DNA from: Acidobacteriota bacterium
GTDB taxonomy: Bacteria > Acidobacteriota > UBA6911 > RPQK01 > JAJDTT01
Direction of reading: 5' to 3'
DNA: 64,000 nucleotides
Assembly (NCBI GenBank): GCA_965217775.1
Contig: CBDCJH010000002.1
Coordinates: 2,720,001-2,784,000 of the forward strand
Below are positions 41,169 to 50,084 of this stretch, in pieces. Both the position numbers and the translations under genes were made by a program. Numbering within the stretch: position 1 is the stretch's first letter; every line of letters starts with the position of its first letter. The notes beneath the pieces were generated by a model. That model was not told where the DNA came from. It saw only the letters and a list, made by a program, of their open reading frames with translations, and did no database searches.

Positions 41169-42167
41169 TCAGGCGCTCACTCGGACGGCCCGGCCGCTCG
41201 TGGCTGATTCTTCTGCGGCCTCGGCAACTCGCAGGGCGCGCCTCCCGTCATCGAAGCCGGGAGACGGCTTGACGCCTCGCTCTACGGCATCCACGAAGGC
41301 GTCGATCTCCCGAGTGAACGCTTCCTGGTACCGCTCGATGAAAAAGGGGTGCAGCCGGTCGCGGGCGGCGGTCCCACCTTCCGTGTAGCGTTCGACGCTG
41401 GTCCGAGTCGGATTGGCGGAGACCAGCATGCCGCGTTCTCCGAACAGCTCGATTCGCTGGTCGTAGCCAAAGGAACAATGGCGCGAGCAGTTGACGTGGC
41501 AGAGAGCGCCCGAGGCCATCCGCAAGACGACCATGGCGCTGTCCACGTCGCCGATTTCTCCGGCACGGGCGTCGAAGAGCACGCTTCCCATGGCCGTGAC
41601 CTCCACGGGCTCTTCGCCGAACAGGAAGCGTGCCACGTCGAAGTCGTGGACCATCATGTCCCGGAATATTCCACCGGAACCCTGAAGAAAGCGCAGGGGC
41701 GGCGGGAATGGATCCCGGCTGCTGATGACCGCCTGCTCCAGGCTGCCGAGCTCGCCGTTGCGGGCAGCCCGGGCCACCGCGCTGTGGCCAGGGTCGAAGC
41801 GCCGGTTGAATCCGATCTGAAACGGCACGCCGGTCTCCGCGAGAACTACTCCGCAGGCGTCCGCCCGCTTCATGTCCAGGTGGATCGGTTTTTCGCAGAA
41901 CACCGCCTTCCCGGCCCGCGCCGCGCCTTCGATCAGATCGCAGTGGGTGCTTGTGGAGGAGGAGATGCAAACGGCATCGAGGGTGGGGTCACCGAGCAGG
42001 GCGTCGACGGAATCGACGGAAACGGACCCGGTCTCAGTTGCGGCGGAGGTGGCGGCGTCAGCATCGACGTCGTAGACACTTGCGAGTTCCACACGGTTGT
42101 TTGCCGCGAGGATTCTTGCGCGCATCCGGCCGATCCTGCCGACTCCGAACAGTCCGAACTTGAGCAT
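41169..42167 (-). CDS. iolG: Inositol 2-dehydrogenase-like Gfo/Idh/MocA oxidoreductase
   Basis: GVGRIG, FCEKP, GFNRRFDP, SRDP, GGIFRDMMVHDFD, GYDQRIE. Confidence 0.8.
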   Translation of the reverse strand: MLKFGLFGVGRIGRMRARILAANNRVELASVYDVDADAATSAATETGSVSVDSVDALLGDPTLDAVCISSSTSTHCDLIEGAARAGKAVFCEKPIHLDMKRADACGVVLAETGVPFQIGFNRRFDPGHSAVARAARNGELGSLEQAVISSRDPFPPPLRFLQGSGGIFRDMMVHDFDVARFLFGEEPVEVTAMGSVLFDARAGEIGDVDSAMVVLRMASGALCHVNCSRHCSFGYDQRIELFGERGMLVSANPTRTSVERYTEGGTAARDRLHPFFIERYQEAFTREIDAFVDAVERGVKPSPGFDDGRRALRVAEAAEESATSGRAVRVSA

Positions 42168-42292
42168 GGAATTCTCCCTGGTTGCGTGACGACGTGGCGG
42201 GCGCTGATGTTGACACCCGGCTCAACTGCGCAGTCGAGTATACAAGTGAAGAGGGGGACAGGAATGTCCCCCCCTCCTATGTTTCCACAATG

Positions 42293-42305
42293 CACACATT
42301 GTGTG
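42293..42305. promoter_or_regulatory. Palindromic putative TA operator CACACA-T-TGTGTG (second copy at 49428-49440)
   Basis: Perfect inverted repeat just upstream of both BrnT-like operons. Confidence 0.55.
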
Positions 42306-42316
42306 ATGATTGACTT

Positions 42317-42604
42317 ATGAGCGACAGTTTCGACTGGAGCACGGAGAAGAATCAAAGACTCGTCGAGCAGCGAGGAATCTCATTCGAGAGCGTCGTCTCC
42401 GCCATAGAGCAAGGTGGCTTGTTGGACGTACGGGAGCACCCGAACCATGATCGCTATCCGGGACAGTTGATCTATGTCGTGGAATCCGACGGGTACATTC
42501 ATCTTGTACCTCTTGAGACGCAGGCTGACGGCACTCGTTTTCTGAAGACGATTATTCCCAGCCGAAAGGCGACGAATGCTTACCGGAGGAGGCAGCCATC
42601 GTGA
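42317..42604 (+). CDS. BrnT-like toxin
   Basis: FDWSTEKNQRL..RGISFE...HPN...FLKTIIPSRKAT. Confidence 0.85.
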   Translation: MSDSFDWSTEKNQRLVEQRGISFESVVSAIEQGGLLDVREHPNHDRYPGQLIYVVESDGYIHLVPLETQADGTRFLKTIIPSRKATNAYRRRQPS

Positions 42605-42903
42605 ACGACAAATTGAGCGTCGAAGAACGCGACATTCTCGACCGATTCGAGCGGGGTGACTTGCGCTCCGCTCCTGGTGCTGAACGCGAAGTTGAGGTGG
42701 CTCGTCAGGCGGCTCGTAATACGTTCAACAAAACCAAGCGAGTGAATCTGCGGGTAACCGAGCGCGACTTCAAACTCGCTCACTCGCGGGCCAGGGAAGA
42801 AGGGATTCCCTATCAAACACTGCTGTCCAGTGTTATCCACAAATACTTGGCCGGCCGGCTGACCGAAAAGAGGTTGCCTTACATCACGGCGCGGGAGAAG
42901 TAG
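42601..42903 (+). CDS. CopG/BrnA-like antitoxin
   Basis: KRVNLRV...AREEGIPYQTLLSSVIHKY. Confidence 0.85.
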   Translation: MNDKLSVEERDILDRFERGDLRSAPGAEREVEVARQAARNTFNKTKRVNLRVTERDFKLAHSRAREEGIPYQTLLSSVIHKYLAGRLTEKRLPYITAREK

Positions 42904-42924
42904 CCCGTCCCTTTCTCAGTCCGG

Positions 42925-43242
42925 CTAACGAATCACGTCCACCTTTAGGCGCAACCCCTCCTGTTTCTGGAGGAAACCGATGATTCGGAACAGGTTTCGG
43001 GCTTGGGGGTTGCCTTTGGGACCGAACATCCGCATCAGGCTCTTGGGAGATTTCTCGGTCAGTCCGCCAAGCGCCTGAAAGCCGATCGTGGCGTTGATGT
43101 AATCGCGTAGTACTGCCTTCCCCGTATCCACGTCATCCGAAAGGAGGCACTCAATCCCTTCCTTGAGCAGCTCTCCGCGGAACTCCGGATCGCTCTCGAT
43201 GCGCGCCTGAATCGTTTCCTTGAAGTCTCGTGTCAATGGCAT
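42925..43242 (-). CDS. Addiction-module antidote HTH protein; cognate toxin reduced to an N-terminal stub (MIEIREYLDTEGRSP, ~43285-43332)
   Basis: MPLTRDFKETIQAR...LRDYINATIGF..KSLMRMFGPKGNP. Confidence 0.8.
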   Translation of the reverse strand: MPLTRDFKETIQARIESDPEFRGELLKEGIECLLSDDVDTGKAVLRDYINATIGFQALGGLTEKSPKSLMRMFGPKGNPQARNLFRIIGFLQKQEGLRLKVDVIR

Positions 43243-43475
43243 GGTTTTCAGGTCTCCGGTCGTTTGCGCCGCCGGTATTCTTGACGGACTACGGCCCTCG
43301 GTGTCCAGGTACTCTCTGATCTCAATCATCACTTCATGGTGCCTGATATGTTACCATCGACAAGTAGCCTGGAGTCAAGATTCTTGCCTGGTCGGAAGAG
43401 GTAGACTGTCCCTTTTTCGTTCCCAAAGACCCTGTCGGCAAAGATGTGATCCAATGCCTCCACAGTAGGCCGTCG

Positions 43476-44891
43476 ATGTCAGGTGCAGCAGGATCGTTGA
43501 GCAGACCACTTGTTGCGAGCGTTCTCGCACTTACCCTGGCTTGTGCCGCGTGCGGTGAACCGGCTGAGGTTCTTGTGGGCAAGGAGCTTCTTGTCCTCGA
43601 AGGGGCCACTCTGATTGACGGAACCGGTGCCGGACCGCGCGAGGACAGCGTCATCGTGGTGGACGGCGACCGAATCATCAGGGTCGGAAGCGCGGGTGAT
43701 TTCCATTTCCCCGACTCGGCACGGCAAAGAGACGTTTCGGGCCACTTCGTGCTGCCGGGATTCATCGACATGCATGTCCATGTTCACCCCAAGGCTCGGA
43801 TCGAGACCGTGGAGGCGTTGCTTGAGTTCGGAGTGACCACGATACGCAGCCCGGGCGCCGCGCAAAGCGCCGGAGTCGAGCTCCGGGATCAGATCGAGGC
43901 GGGCCGGGTTCGGGGGCCGCGGATGATGACCGGCGCCGCCTTCATCGACGGTTCTCCGAGCCGATTCGACTGGACGGTGCCCGTGGCGACACCGGATGAG
44001 ATCCGGGACGTGGTTCGACAACAGGCTGCGGCGGGTGCCGACATGATCAAGCTGTACTGGGACGTGACCCCGGAGCTGACGGCCGCTGCGATTGAAGAGG
44101 CCCACAAGCTCGGTCTGAGGGTCGCCGGCCACCTCCGGGCGACGAGCTGGACCCAGGCGGCAAGACTGGGAATCGATGCCCTGGTCCACAGCGGTGCAGA
44201 GGGACCGACCTGGGAGCTGGTCCCCGAAAGGCACCGGGCCCAACTGAGGGCGCTGCCCTACCCGGAGTTCTACGCCCGTTGGCTCGAGTTGGTGGAGCTT
44301 GACGGCGATCTGATGAGTTCCTTGATTACTGCCCTCGTTGACAACAACGTGACGGTCGACCCGACTCTGGTCGTGATGGAGAGCCTCTACTTCGGTGACG
44401 ACCCGAAGGTTCTCGAGCGGCTCGAGCCGCAGCGGGCTCCGTCCTCGGTGGTCTCGCTTTGGGGTTCGGACTGGCGGCAGCGAAACCCGTTTGTTTTCAC
44501 CAACCCCATGGGAATCGCTCGGGACTTCACGTCCGGCAAGCCCGTATTCCCCGTCGCACTCCAGATCGTGCGGAGGCTTCATGAGGGGGGAGTGAGGCTG
44601 ACCGCAGGGAGCGACCTGGGAATGCCCTGGATCACGCCGGGCGTGAGCCTGCATCGGGAGCTAGAGCTCCTGGTCCAGGCCGGCATCGACGAGGCTGACG
44701 TGATCGTCATGGCGACCCGAAACGGCGCCGAGGGCCTGGGTCTGGAGGATCAGCTCGGAACCGTCGAAGCAGGGAAACTGGCCGACCTGGTCGTGCTCTC
44801 GGCGGATCCACTGTTGGACATCCGCAACACCCGCTCGGTGGCCGCCGTCTACAAGGCTGGCGAACTCCAGTATCAAGCCACGCCACTTTGA
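43476..44891 (+). CDS. Amidohydrolase family lipoprotein (copy 1)
   Basis: LPGFIDMHVH, GVTTIR, GSD, GKLADLVVL. Confidence 0.9.
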   Translation: MSGAAGSLSRPLVASVLALTLACAACGEPAEVLVGKELLVLEGATLIDGTGAGPREDSVIVVDGDRIIRVGSAGDFHFPDSARQRDVSGHFVLPGFIDMHVHVHPKARIETVEALLEFGVTTIRSPGAAQSAGVELRDQIEAGRVRGPRMMTGAAFIDGSPSRFDWTVPVATPDEIRDVVRQQAAAGADMIKLYWDVTPELTAAAIEEAHKLGLRVAGHLRATSWTQAARLGIDALVHSGAEGPTWELVPERHRAQLRALPYPEFYARWLELVELDGDLMSSLITALVDNNVTVDPTLVVMESLYFGDDPKVLERLEPQRAPSSVVSLWGSDWRQRNPFVFTNPMGIARDFTSGKPVFPVALQIVRRLHEGGVRLTAGSDLGMPWITPGVSLHRELELLVQAGIDEADVIVMATRNGAEGLGLEDQLGTVEAGKLADLVVLSADPLLDIRNTRSVAAVYKAGELQYQATPL

Positions 44892-44926
44892 AACGGGCGC
44901 TGATGGTGATGCCCGGTAGAAAAAGG

Positions 44927-45046
44927 GTAGGAGCGGCGGTTTCCTAACCGCCGGCTTCCGGAGTGTCCGGGAACGAACGCGTATCGTGGGCGACGGGTTA
45001 TCGCCCTTCCTTTTTCTTAGAGGGGGACAGGAATGTCCCCCCTCCT
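44927..45046. repeat. REP cluster between convergent amidohydrolase and sialidase-like genes
   Basis: GTAGGAGCGGCGGTTTCCTAACCGCC and GGGGGACAGGAATGTCCCCCCTCCTAC. Confidence 0.8.
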
Positions 45047-46019
45047 ACCGGACGGCCAGCTTCGCAATCGGGATTCGCAGGAAGAACAAACCCGGTCCTC
45101 CCTCCTGATCTTTGTCGATGTCGTAAAAGACCACGCCGATTGTTTTATCGTCGAGTTGCACCGTTCGGGGACAGGCCCGGCCGTTGATCGCCCGGCCCGG
45201 GTTGTAGTACTCAAACACGCCATCCCATGTCTGCCCGTCGTCGTATGAAAGACGATAGCGGATGCGCTCCCCGCCAAAGCCGGGCCCGAGAATCTCCGAG
45301 GCCAGCAGCCAGCCGTTTTTCAGACCGACCATTTCGTGCCGCCAGCCCTGCGAGCTGATGTCCGGAAAGCCTTCGATGGTCTTCCACGTCTTGCCGTTGT
45401 CCGTTGATCGGATGCCGGCGCCGCTGACGAACGTGCCTCTCGGAGTCTGCACAATCGGGATCAACCCATGCATACGGCCATCGCCGAACGGTGTTGCTTT
45501 GGAAGTGGCCGGATCAAACACGAACGTCCGGTCTATCAACGACACGAGCCATTGCTCTGACTTCAGTTCGGTAATGGGGTGCCGGATGACGGATCTGACT
45601 TCGGGATCACGCGGGAATGGCTGCGGGTCGCTCCACGATACTCCGTCGTCATTCGACAGTGAGTACAAGACAGACCGTGGTTCTTTCTGAGTGACCGGCG
45701 TATCCCAGCGGTTCCAGCAATGCAACAGGCGGCCGTCGCTCAGTGTCGTCAGCGAGCCCGGGTAATACGTCTTATCGACGGTATGGACGAACGGCACAGG
45801 TTCGGACCATTTCATTCCTCCGTCCGACGATCGAGTGATGCGCAGGTCCACGTGATTCACCCGCCCGTACGTCACAACGATCGTCCCCGAGCGGGTGACA
45901 CAGGCCGCCGGGTGAATGTGCCCGTCGACCGGGACAGCAACCCGGACCGGTTTCAGTTGATGGTCGCTCGCGACGACCGTTGACACAGCGAATAAAGACA
46001 GCACGGCGAGTCGGTTCAT
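45045..46019 (-). CDS. Sialidase-family (BNR/Asp-box) secreted protein (copy 1)
   Basis: SSDGGMKW, SNDDGVSW, STDNGKTW, SYDDGQTW Asp boxes. Confidence 0.8.
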   Translation of the reverse strand: MNRLAVLSLFAVSTVVASDHQLKPVRVAVPVDGHIHPAACVTRSGTIVVTYGRVNHVDLRITRSSDGGMKWSEPVPFVHTVDKTYYPGSLTTLSDGRLLHCWNRWDTPVTQKEPRSVLYSLSNDDGVSWSDPQPFPRDPEVRSVIRHPITELKSEQWLVSLIDRTFVFDPATSKATPFGDGRMHGLIPIVQTPRGTFVSGAGIRSTDNGKTWKTIEGFPDISSQGWRHEMVGLKNGWLLASEILGPGFGGERIRYRLSYDDGQTWDGVFEYYNPGRAINGRACPRTVQLDDKTIGVVFYDIDKDQEGGPGLFFLRIPIAKLAVR

Positions 46020-46139
46020 CAGATGTCTCCAGATGTTGAACAGGGGATCCTTTGCAAAGAGATTAACTCAGTCGCTACCGAATAAGGAGGTCGACGCCGC
46101 CAATTGCATGGCATTCTCATCCACCTTCTTGATCATTTT

Positions 46140-46445
46140 TCACCCGCTCACTCGGACGGCGCGGCCGGTCCTGGCGGATTCTTCCGCGGCGTCGGCAAGC
46201 AGCAATGCGCGCCTCCCGTCGTCGAAGCCGGGCGTCGGCGGGATGCCGTTCTCGACGGCATCGACGAAGGCGTCGATCTCGCGCACGTACGATTCCTCGT
46301 ACCGCTCGATGAAGAAAGGGTGCAGGCGGTCGCGGGCAGCGGTCCCGTCAGCCGTGTAGCGTTCGACGTTGGTCCGAGTCGGATTCGCGGAAATGAGCAT
46401 CCCGCGTTCTCCGAACAGCTCGATTCGCTGGTCGTAGCCAAAGGC
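46140..46445 (-). pseudogene. 3' fragment of an iolG-like gene
   Basis: Nearly identical to 60225-60530; truncated about 10 bp from the 46455 motif. Confidence 0.88.
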
Positions 46446-46547
46446 GAAAGGACCGGGAGAAGTAGACTGTCCCTTTCTCCGTCATCGGTAAGAACAGGTG
46501 GCGATCGTGGACTATCATTGAAGGACCACCCTATAACGTTATAGGAT

Positions 46548-46898
46548 ATGGACATGAAACAGCCCATCCCGCCCGGAGAGATTTTGCTCGAGGAGTACCT
46601 CAAACCGATGGGGATTTCACAGAATGCCATGGCCCGAGCCATCGGTGTCTCCCCAAGGGCGGTTAACGAAATCGTCCTTGGCCGCCGGTCGATCACTCCG
46701 CCCATGTCGATTCGTTTTGGCGCCTTCTTTGGTCAGTCGGACAAGTTCTGGCATGGCATCCAAGTCGAGTGCGACTTCCGCAAGCTGGCAGGGGACAGGA
46801 ACCGACTGATTGCCGACATTAAACCGGCTGCGGCCGTGGCGGCCCGTGCCGAGAGCCGCCACGGCGCTCGACCGACGCTGCAATCCGGAAGCGCGTAA
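46548..46898 (+). CDS. higA: HigA family antitoxin (orphan)
   Basis: [26 protein letters not shown]...FW..Q. Confidence 0.85.
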   Translation: MDMKQPIPPGEILLEEYLKPMGISQNAMARAIGVSPRAVNEIVLGRRSITPPMSIRFGAFFGQSDKFWHGIQVECDFRKLAGDRNRLIADIKPAAAVAARAESRHGARPTLQSGSA

Positions 46899-47195
46899 CG
46901 ACAGGTGGGCCCAATCGTCACCGCGACCCTTTGACGCTTGGACCAGCGCTACAGCGTCAAATTTTCGTGGATCCAACGCCCGAAGCCCAGACGCGTCACG
47001 TGGCTTCTGCGTAGCTGATATCCAGAAAGATCTGGTGGACCACGACCGGGTCCTGGTCGCGGGAGAAGTAGACTGTCTCTTCCTCCGTCCGGCCCGACGG
47101 GGAATGGTAGCGTCCGGTCGCTGGGTGGCGCCAAGCACCGAGGACGTGCATCTCTTCCTGGTTCAGAGAGCACGCATAACGCCAAGTGGCGTCGA

Positions 47196-47795
47196 TCACG
47201 CCAGCAGTTCGTCCATGAGATCGTCAATGAACATATGCGACCAACAGGCGTTACGAAGTTCCTGCCCCTGCGGACGGATATGCGCGTGAATCACACGAGT
47301 ATTTGTGCGATTCTGAACAAGTTCCACCGCAGGCACGAAATCCGCGTCGGCGCTGATGAGGATCGCTTCACCAAACAGGTCGTCGAGCGCCGCTTGAATC
47401 AGGTCCGTGGCAAGCGCCGTATCTACACCCTTCTCGACGGTGCCCCGAAGTACACGTCCACAATGCGGGCACTTGTGCAGGGGTTTTCGACACCCTGGGT
47501 GCTGGCAAGTGTACGGTCCGCGCGGCTTTCGCTCTTTGATGGTGACGCGATAGCCGGGGAAGCCGTTCATCGCGTGGAGGAAGCGGCGGAGGCCGGCGTC
47601 TGCTGGGTTGCGGGGATCGACTGACGCATAGACATGACATCCGGTGTAAACCGCTTCGCCACCCCGATGACGTGTGAGCACATCGGGCAACTTGGCTTTC
47701 CAGGGTATCTGTGGGCGTCCTTGGCCCTTACCTTGGTGGAAACTGTTCCAGGCGATCTGTAGGTTCCAGAAATCCACCAGGATTCGTACACGCAT
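47196..47795 (-). CDS. NYN-domain (LabA/DUF88-like) nuclease with zinc-ribbon insert
   Basis: ILVDFWN, CQHPGC...CPHC, EKGVDTALATD, ISADADFVPAV. Confidence 0.88.
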   Translation of the reverse strand: MRVRILVDFWNLQIAWNSFHQGKGQGRPQIPWKAKLPDVLTRHRGGEAVYTGCHVYASVDPRNPADAGLRRFLHAMNGFPGYRVTIKERKPRGPYTCQHPGCRKPLHKCPHCGRVLRGTVEKGVDTALATDLIQAALDDLFGEAILISADADFVPAVELVQNRTNTRVIHAHIRPQGQELRNACWSHMFIDDLMDELLA

Positions 47796-47804
47796 GGACG
47801 CCTC

Positions 47805-47836
47805 AAAAAAAACAGGGAGCCGATTCCGGCTCCCTG
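47805..47836 (-). terminator. Intrinsic terminator immediately upstream of the NYN start codon
   Basis: CAGGGAGCCG-GAAT-CGGCTCCCTG followed by T8. Confidence 0.8.
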
Positions 47837-47885
47837 GGGTCATAAAGCCCGGCAGCGATGCCGCCGGGGGGGTGTAACACACTCG

Positions 47886-47914
47886 AATGTACGCGTGGCT
47901 CGACACCAAGTCAA
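47886..47914 (-). promoter_or_regulatory. Sigma70-like promoter
   Basis: TTGACT-N17-TACATT. Confidence 0.7.
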
Positions 47915-48072
47915 TCTGACCGCAGCTGGACTTCCCCGATTTTTTTCACGGTCAGGAGAATAGGGGAAGCAAGTTTCGACGAGGGTCGGATCGAGGCGGC
48001 CCGGTGCCCGTGTTCCGGCCAAACAAGAGCTGCTTGATCCGATCCGCAGAGCTCAACGACGCCCGTGAGAAA

Positions 48073-48906
48073 CTACTTCCGGGCCAGTGCCCACGTCTTC
48101 TGCGTGTATGTGACGTAGCTCACGGGGGTCCTGCAAGTCTTGCAGATCGCTCCCCGTTTCCTGACGTCGCGTTTGATGGCCCAGCCGCACGTGATGCACC
48201 GCGCGATATAGCGAGGAGGGGCAAATTCCACTGCGTGGCAGCGGTCGCCGGTGCATCCGACCGAACGCGCGACTGCCTTCCAGGCGGCGTCATGATTATG
48301 CTTGGGGCCGACCAGGGCGTGCGCGATCTCGTGGAGAATCGTGTCCCTGACTTGCGGGCCGGTGGCGTGCAGGCAATAGAGGCGGGAAAGTCCAATGACC
48401 TTGAGGCCGAAAACGCAGACTCCCGCCCGCTTCGAGGTATCCTCGAACTGAAAGCTCCATCCCGTGAGTCCGTGCCGGCTCATCAACCGCTCCGCCTCCG
48501 CCGCAACTTCGGCCAATCTCCGGCCATCGTTGCGATCAGGATTCCGTCCGGCTGGTATCAGCAGACCATACGGAACGTAGTAGCTACCGTGCTCCGTGGC
48601 GACCAGGGCGCGCTTGGGTCCGAGACGCGAGAGGACGCCTTCGAGCGTGCCCCGGCCGTGCGGGACCAGGACCTCGTCATCCGGGCGGAATCGGGCTTTG
48701 AACCGGTCCCGCCTCAGAGTCACTCGCCTCCTACGTCCGCCTTCGTCACGAGCGAGGAAGCCCCACGGCACACCGTAGTCGGTGCCGTCCTCTCCCACGA
48801 TTTCGGCTTTCCGAGGAGTCTTGCGTGCGATGTGCCCACTGATCCAGACACCCTGGTCCCGGAATTTCACGGGATCATGAATGCAGAACTGCGCGGCGCT
48901 AGACAC
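48073..48906 (-). CDS. SprT-like zinc metalloprotease (start uncertain)
   Basis: RAGVC, DTILHEIAHALVG..HNHD..WK, two CxxC motifs. Confidence 0.85.
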   Translation of the reverse strand: MSSAAQFCIHDPVKFRDQGVWISGHIARKTPRKAEIVGEDGTDYGVPWGFLARDEGGRRRRVTLRRDRFKARFRPDDEVLVPHGRGTLEGVLSRLGPKRALVATEHGSYYVPYGLLIPAGRNPDRNDGRRLAEVAAEAERLMSRHGLTGWSFQFEDTSKRAGVCVFGLKVIGLSRLYCLHATGPQVRDTILHEIAHALVGPKHNHDAAWKAVARSVGCTGDRCHAVEFAPPRYIARCITCGWAIKRDVRKRGAICKTCRTPVSYVTYTQKTWALARK

Positions 48907-49451
48907 TGTCCGAACTCACAAAATGATTTGCCGCGCCCTGCCCGGGAGCCGAGTCGTCACAGAGGACGAAGGACCGGCGTCCCTCTGAGAGACGGGACCA
49001 AGAACAGGATCAGCCCGGACCGTCTTCTTTGAATCCGGAACCGAAACCGGGGCTGCGCCCGCCGGACAAGGCACTCTTGGGAGCATACCGAAAGTATATG
49101 ACCGAGGAGCAACGCGTCTCCGCCGGGATGCGTGGAATGGGTCCAGCCGCGCATTCGAATTCCGTAGGGGCGCCCCTTGTGGGTGCCCTCTTCGGCCCGA
49201 ACCAACACAGACCCGGTCGGCCGCCGGGACATGGCGTGGGAGTCACGGGGTGGCCTCTGGGCGATCTCGGTTGCCTGTACTGGGATGGCAACCACAAGGG
49301 TTGCCCCTACCAACGGGAAGCCATCCCACCGGACGGGGGAAGTAGACTGCCCCTCTCTCGTTCCCACCGAAGTTGTCGATTGCCGCCTTTGCGGAGTCGT
49401 CTGGCTCTGGGGCGTGTTTCCGAAATGCACACATTGTGTGATTATTGACTC

Positions 49452-49739
49452 ATGAGCGCCAGTTTCGACTGGAGCACGGAGAAGAATCAAAGACTCATCG
49501 AGCAGCGAGGAATCTCAGTCGAGAGCGCCGTCTCCGCCATAGAGCAAGGCGGCTTGTTGGATGTACTGGAGCACCCGAACCAGGATCGCTACCCGGGACA
49601 GTTGATCTACGTCGTGGAATCCGACGAGTACATTTTTCTTGTACCTTTTGTGACGCAGGCCGACGGCACTCGTTTTCTGAAGACGATTGTTCCCAGCCGA
49701 AAGGCGACGAAAGCTTACCGGAGGAGGCAGCCATCGTGA
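49452..49739 (+). CDS. BrnT-like toxin (copy 2)
   Basis: Close paralog of 42317-42604. Confidence 0.85.
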   Translation: MSASFDWSTEKNQRLIEQRGISVESAVSAIEQGGLLDVLEHPNQDRYPGQLIYVVESDEYIFLVPFVTQADGTRFLKTIVPSRKATKAYRRRQPS

Positions 49740-50011
49740 ACGACAAATTGAGCACCGAAGAGCGCGACATTCTCGACCGATTCGAGCGGGGTGACTTGCG
49801 CTCCGCTCCTGGTGCTGAACGCGAAGTTGAGGTGGCCCGTCAGGCGGCTCGCAATACGTTCAACAAATCCAAGCGAGTGAATCTGCGGGTAACCGAGCGC
49901 GACTTCAAACTCGCTCACTCGCGGGCCAGGGAAGAAGGAATTCCCTATCAAACACTGCTGTCCAGTGTTATCCACAAATACCTGGCCGGCCGCCTGACCG
50001 AAAAGAGGTAG
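49736..50011 (+). CDS. CopG/BrnA-like antitoxin (copy 2)
   Basis: Close paralog of 42601-42903. Confidence 0.85.
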   Translation: MNDKLSTEERDILDRFERGDLRSAPGAEREVEVARQAARNTFNKSKRVNLRVTERDFKLAHSRAREEGIPYQTLLSSVIHKYLAGRLTEKR

Positions 50012-50084
50012 TCGGACATCACGATGTGCGCGAGAAATGGTGACGTTCGATGGGTCCGTCGGCTCCGTACTCCGTAGTCCGTCG

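Larger units (their letters stand above)
37729..49359. repeat. Seven copies of a directional ~23-bp motif GAGAAGTAGACTGTCCCYTT (37729 and 40851 reversed; 42895, 43395, 46455, 47061, 49335 forward)
   Basis: Direct reading, e.g. gggagaagtagactgtccctttctcc at 46455 and gaaggggacagtcactttctc at 37729. Confidence 0.75.

Noticed and set aside
37729-49359. Classical integron
   Set aside because: No intI, no attC consensus ends, and cargo genes are in mixed orientation.
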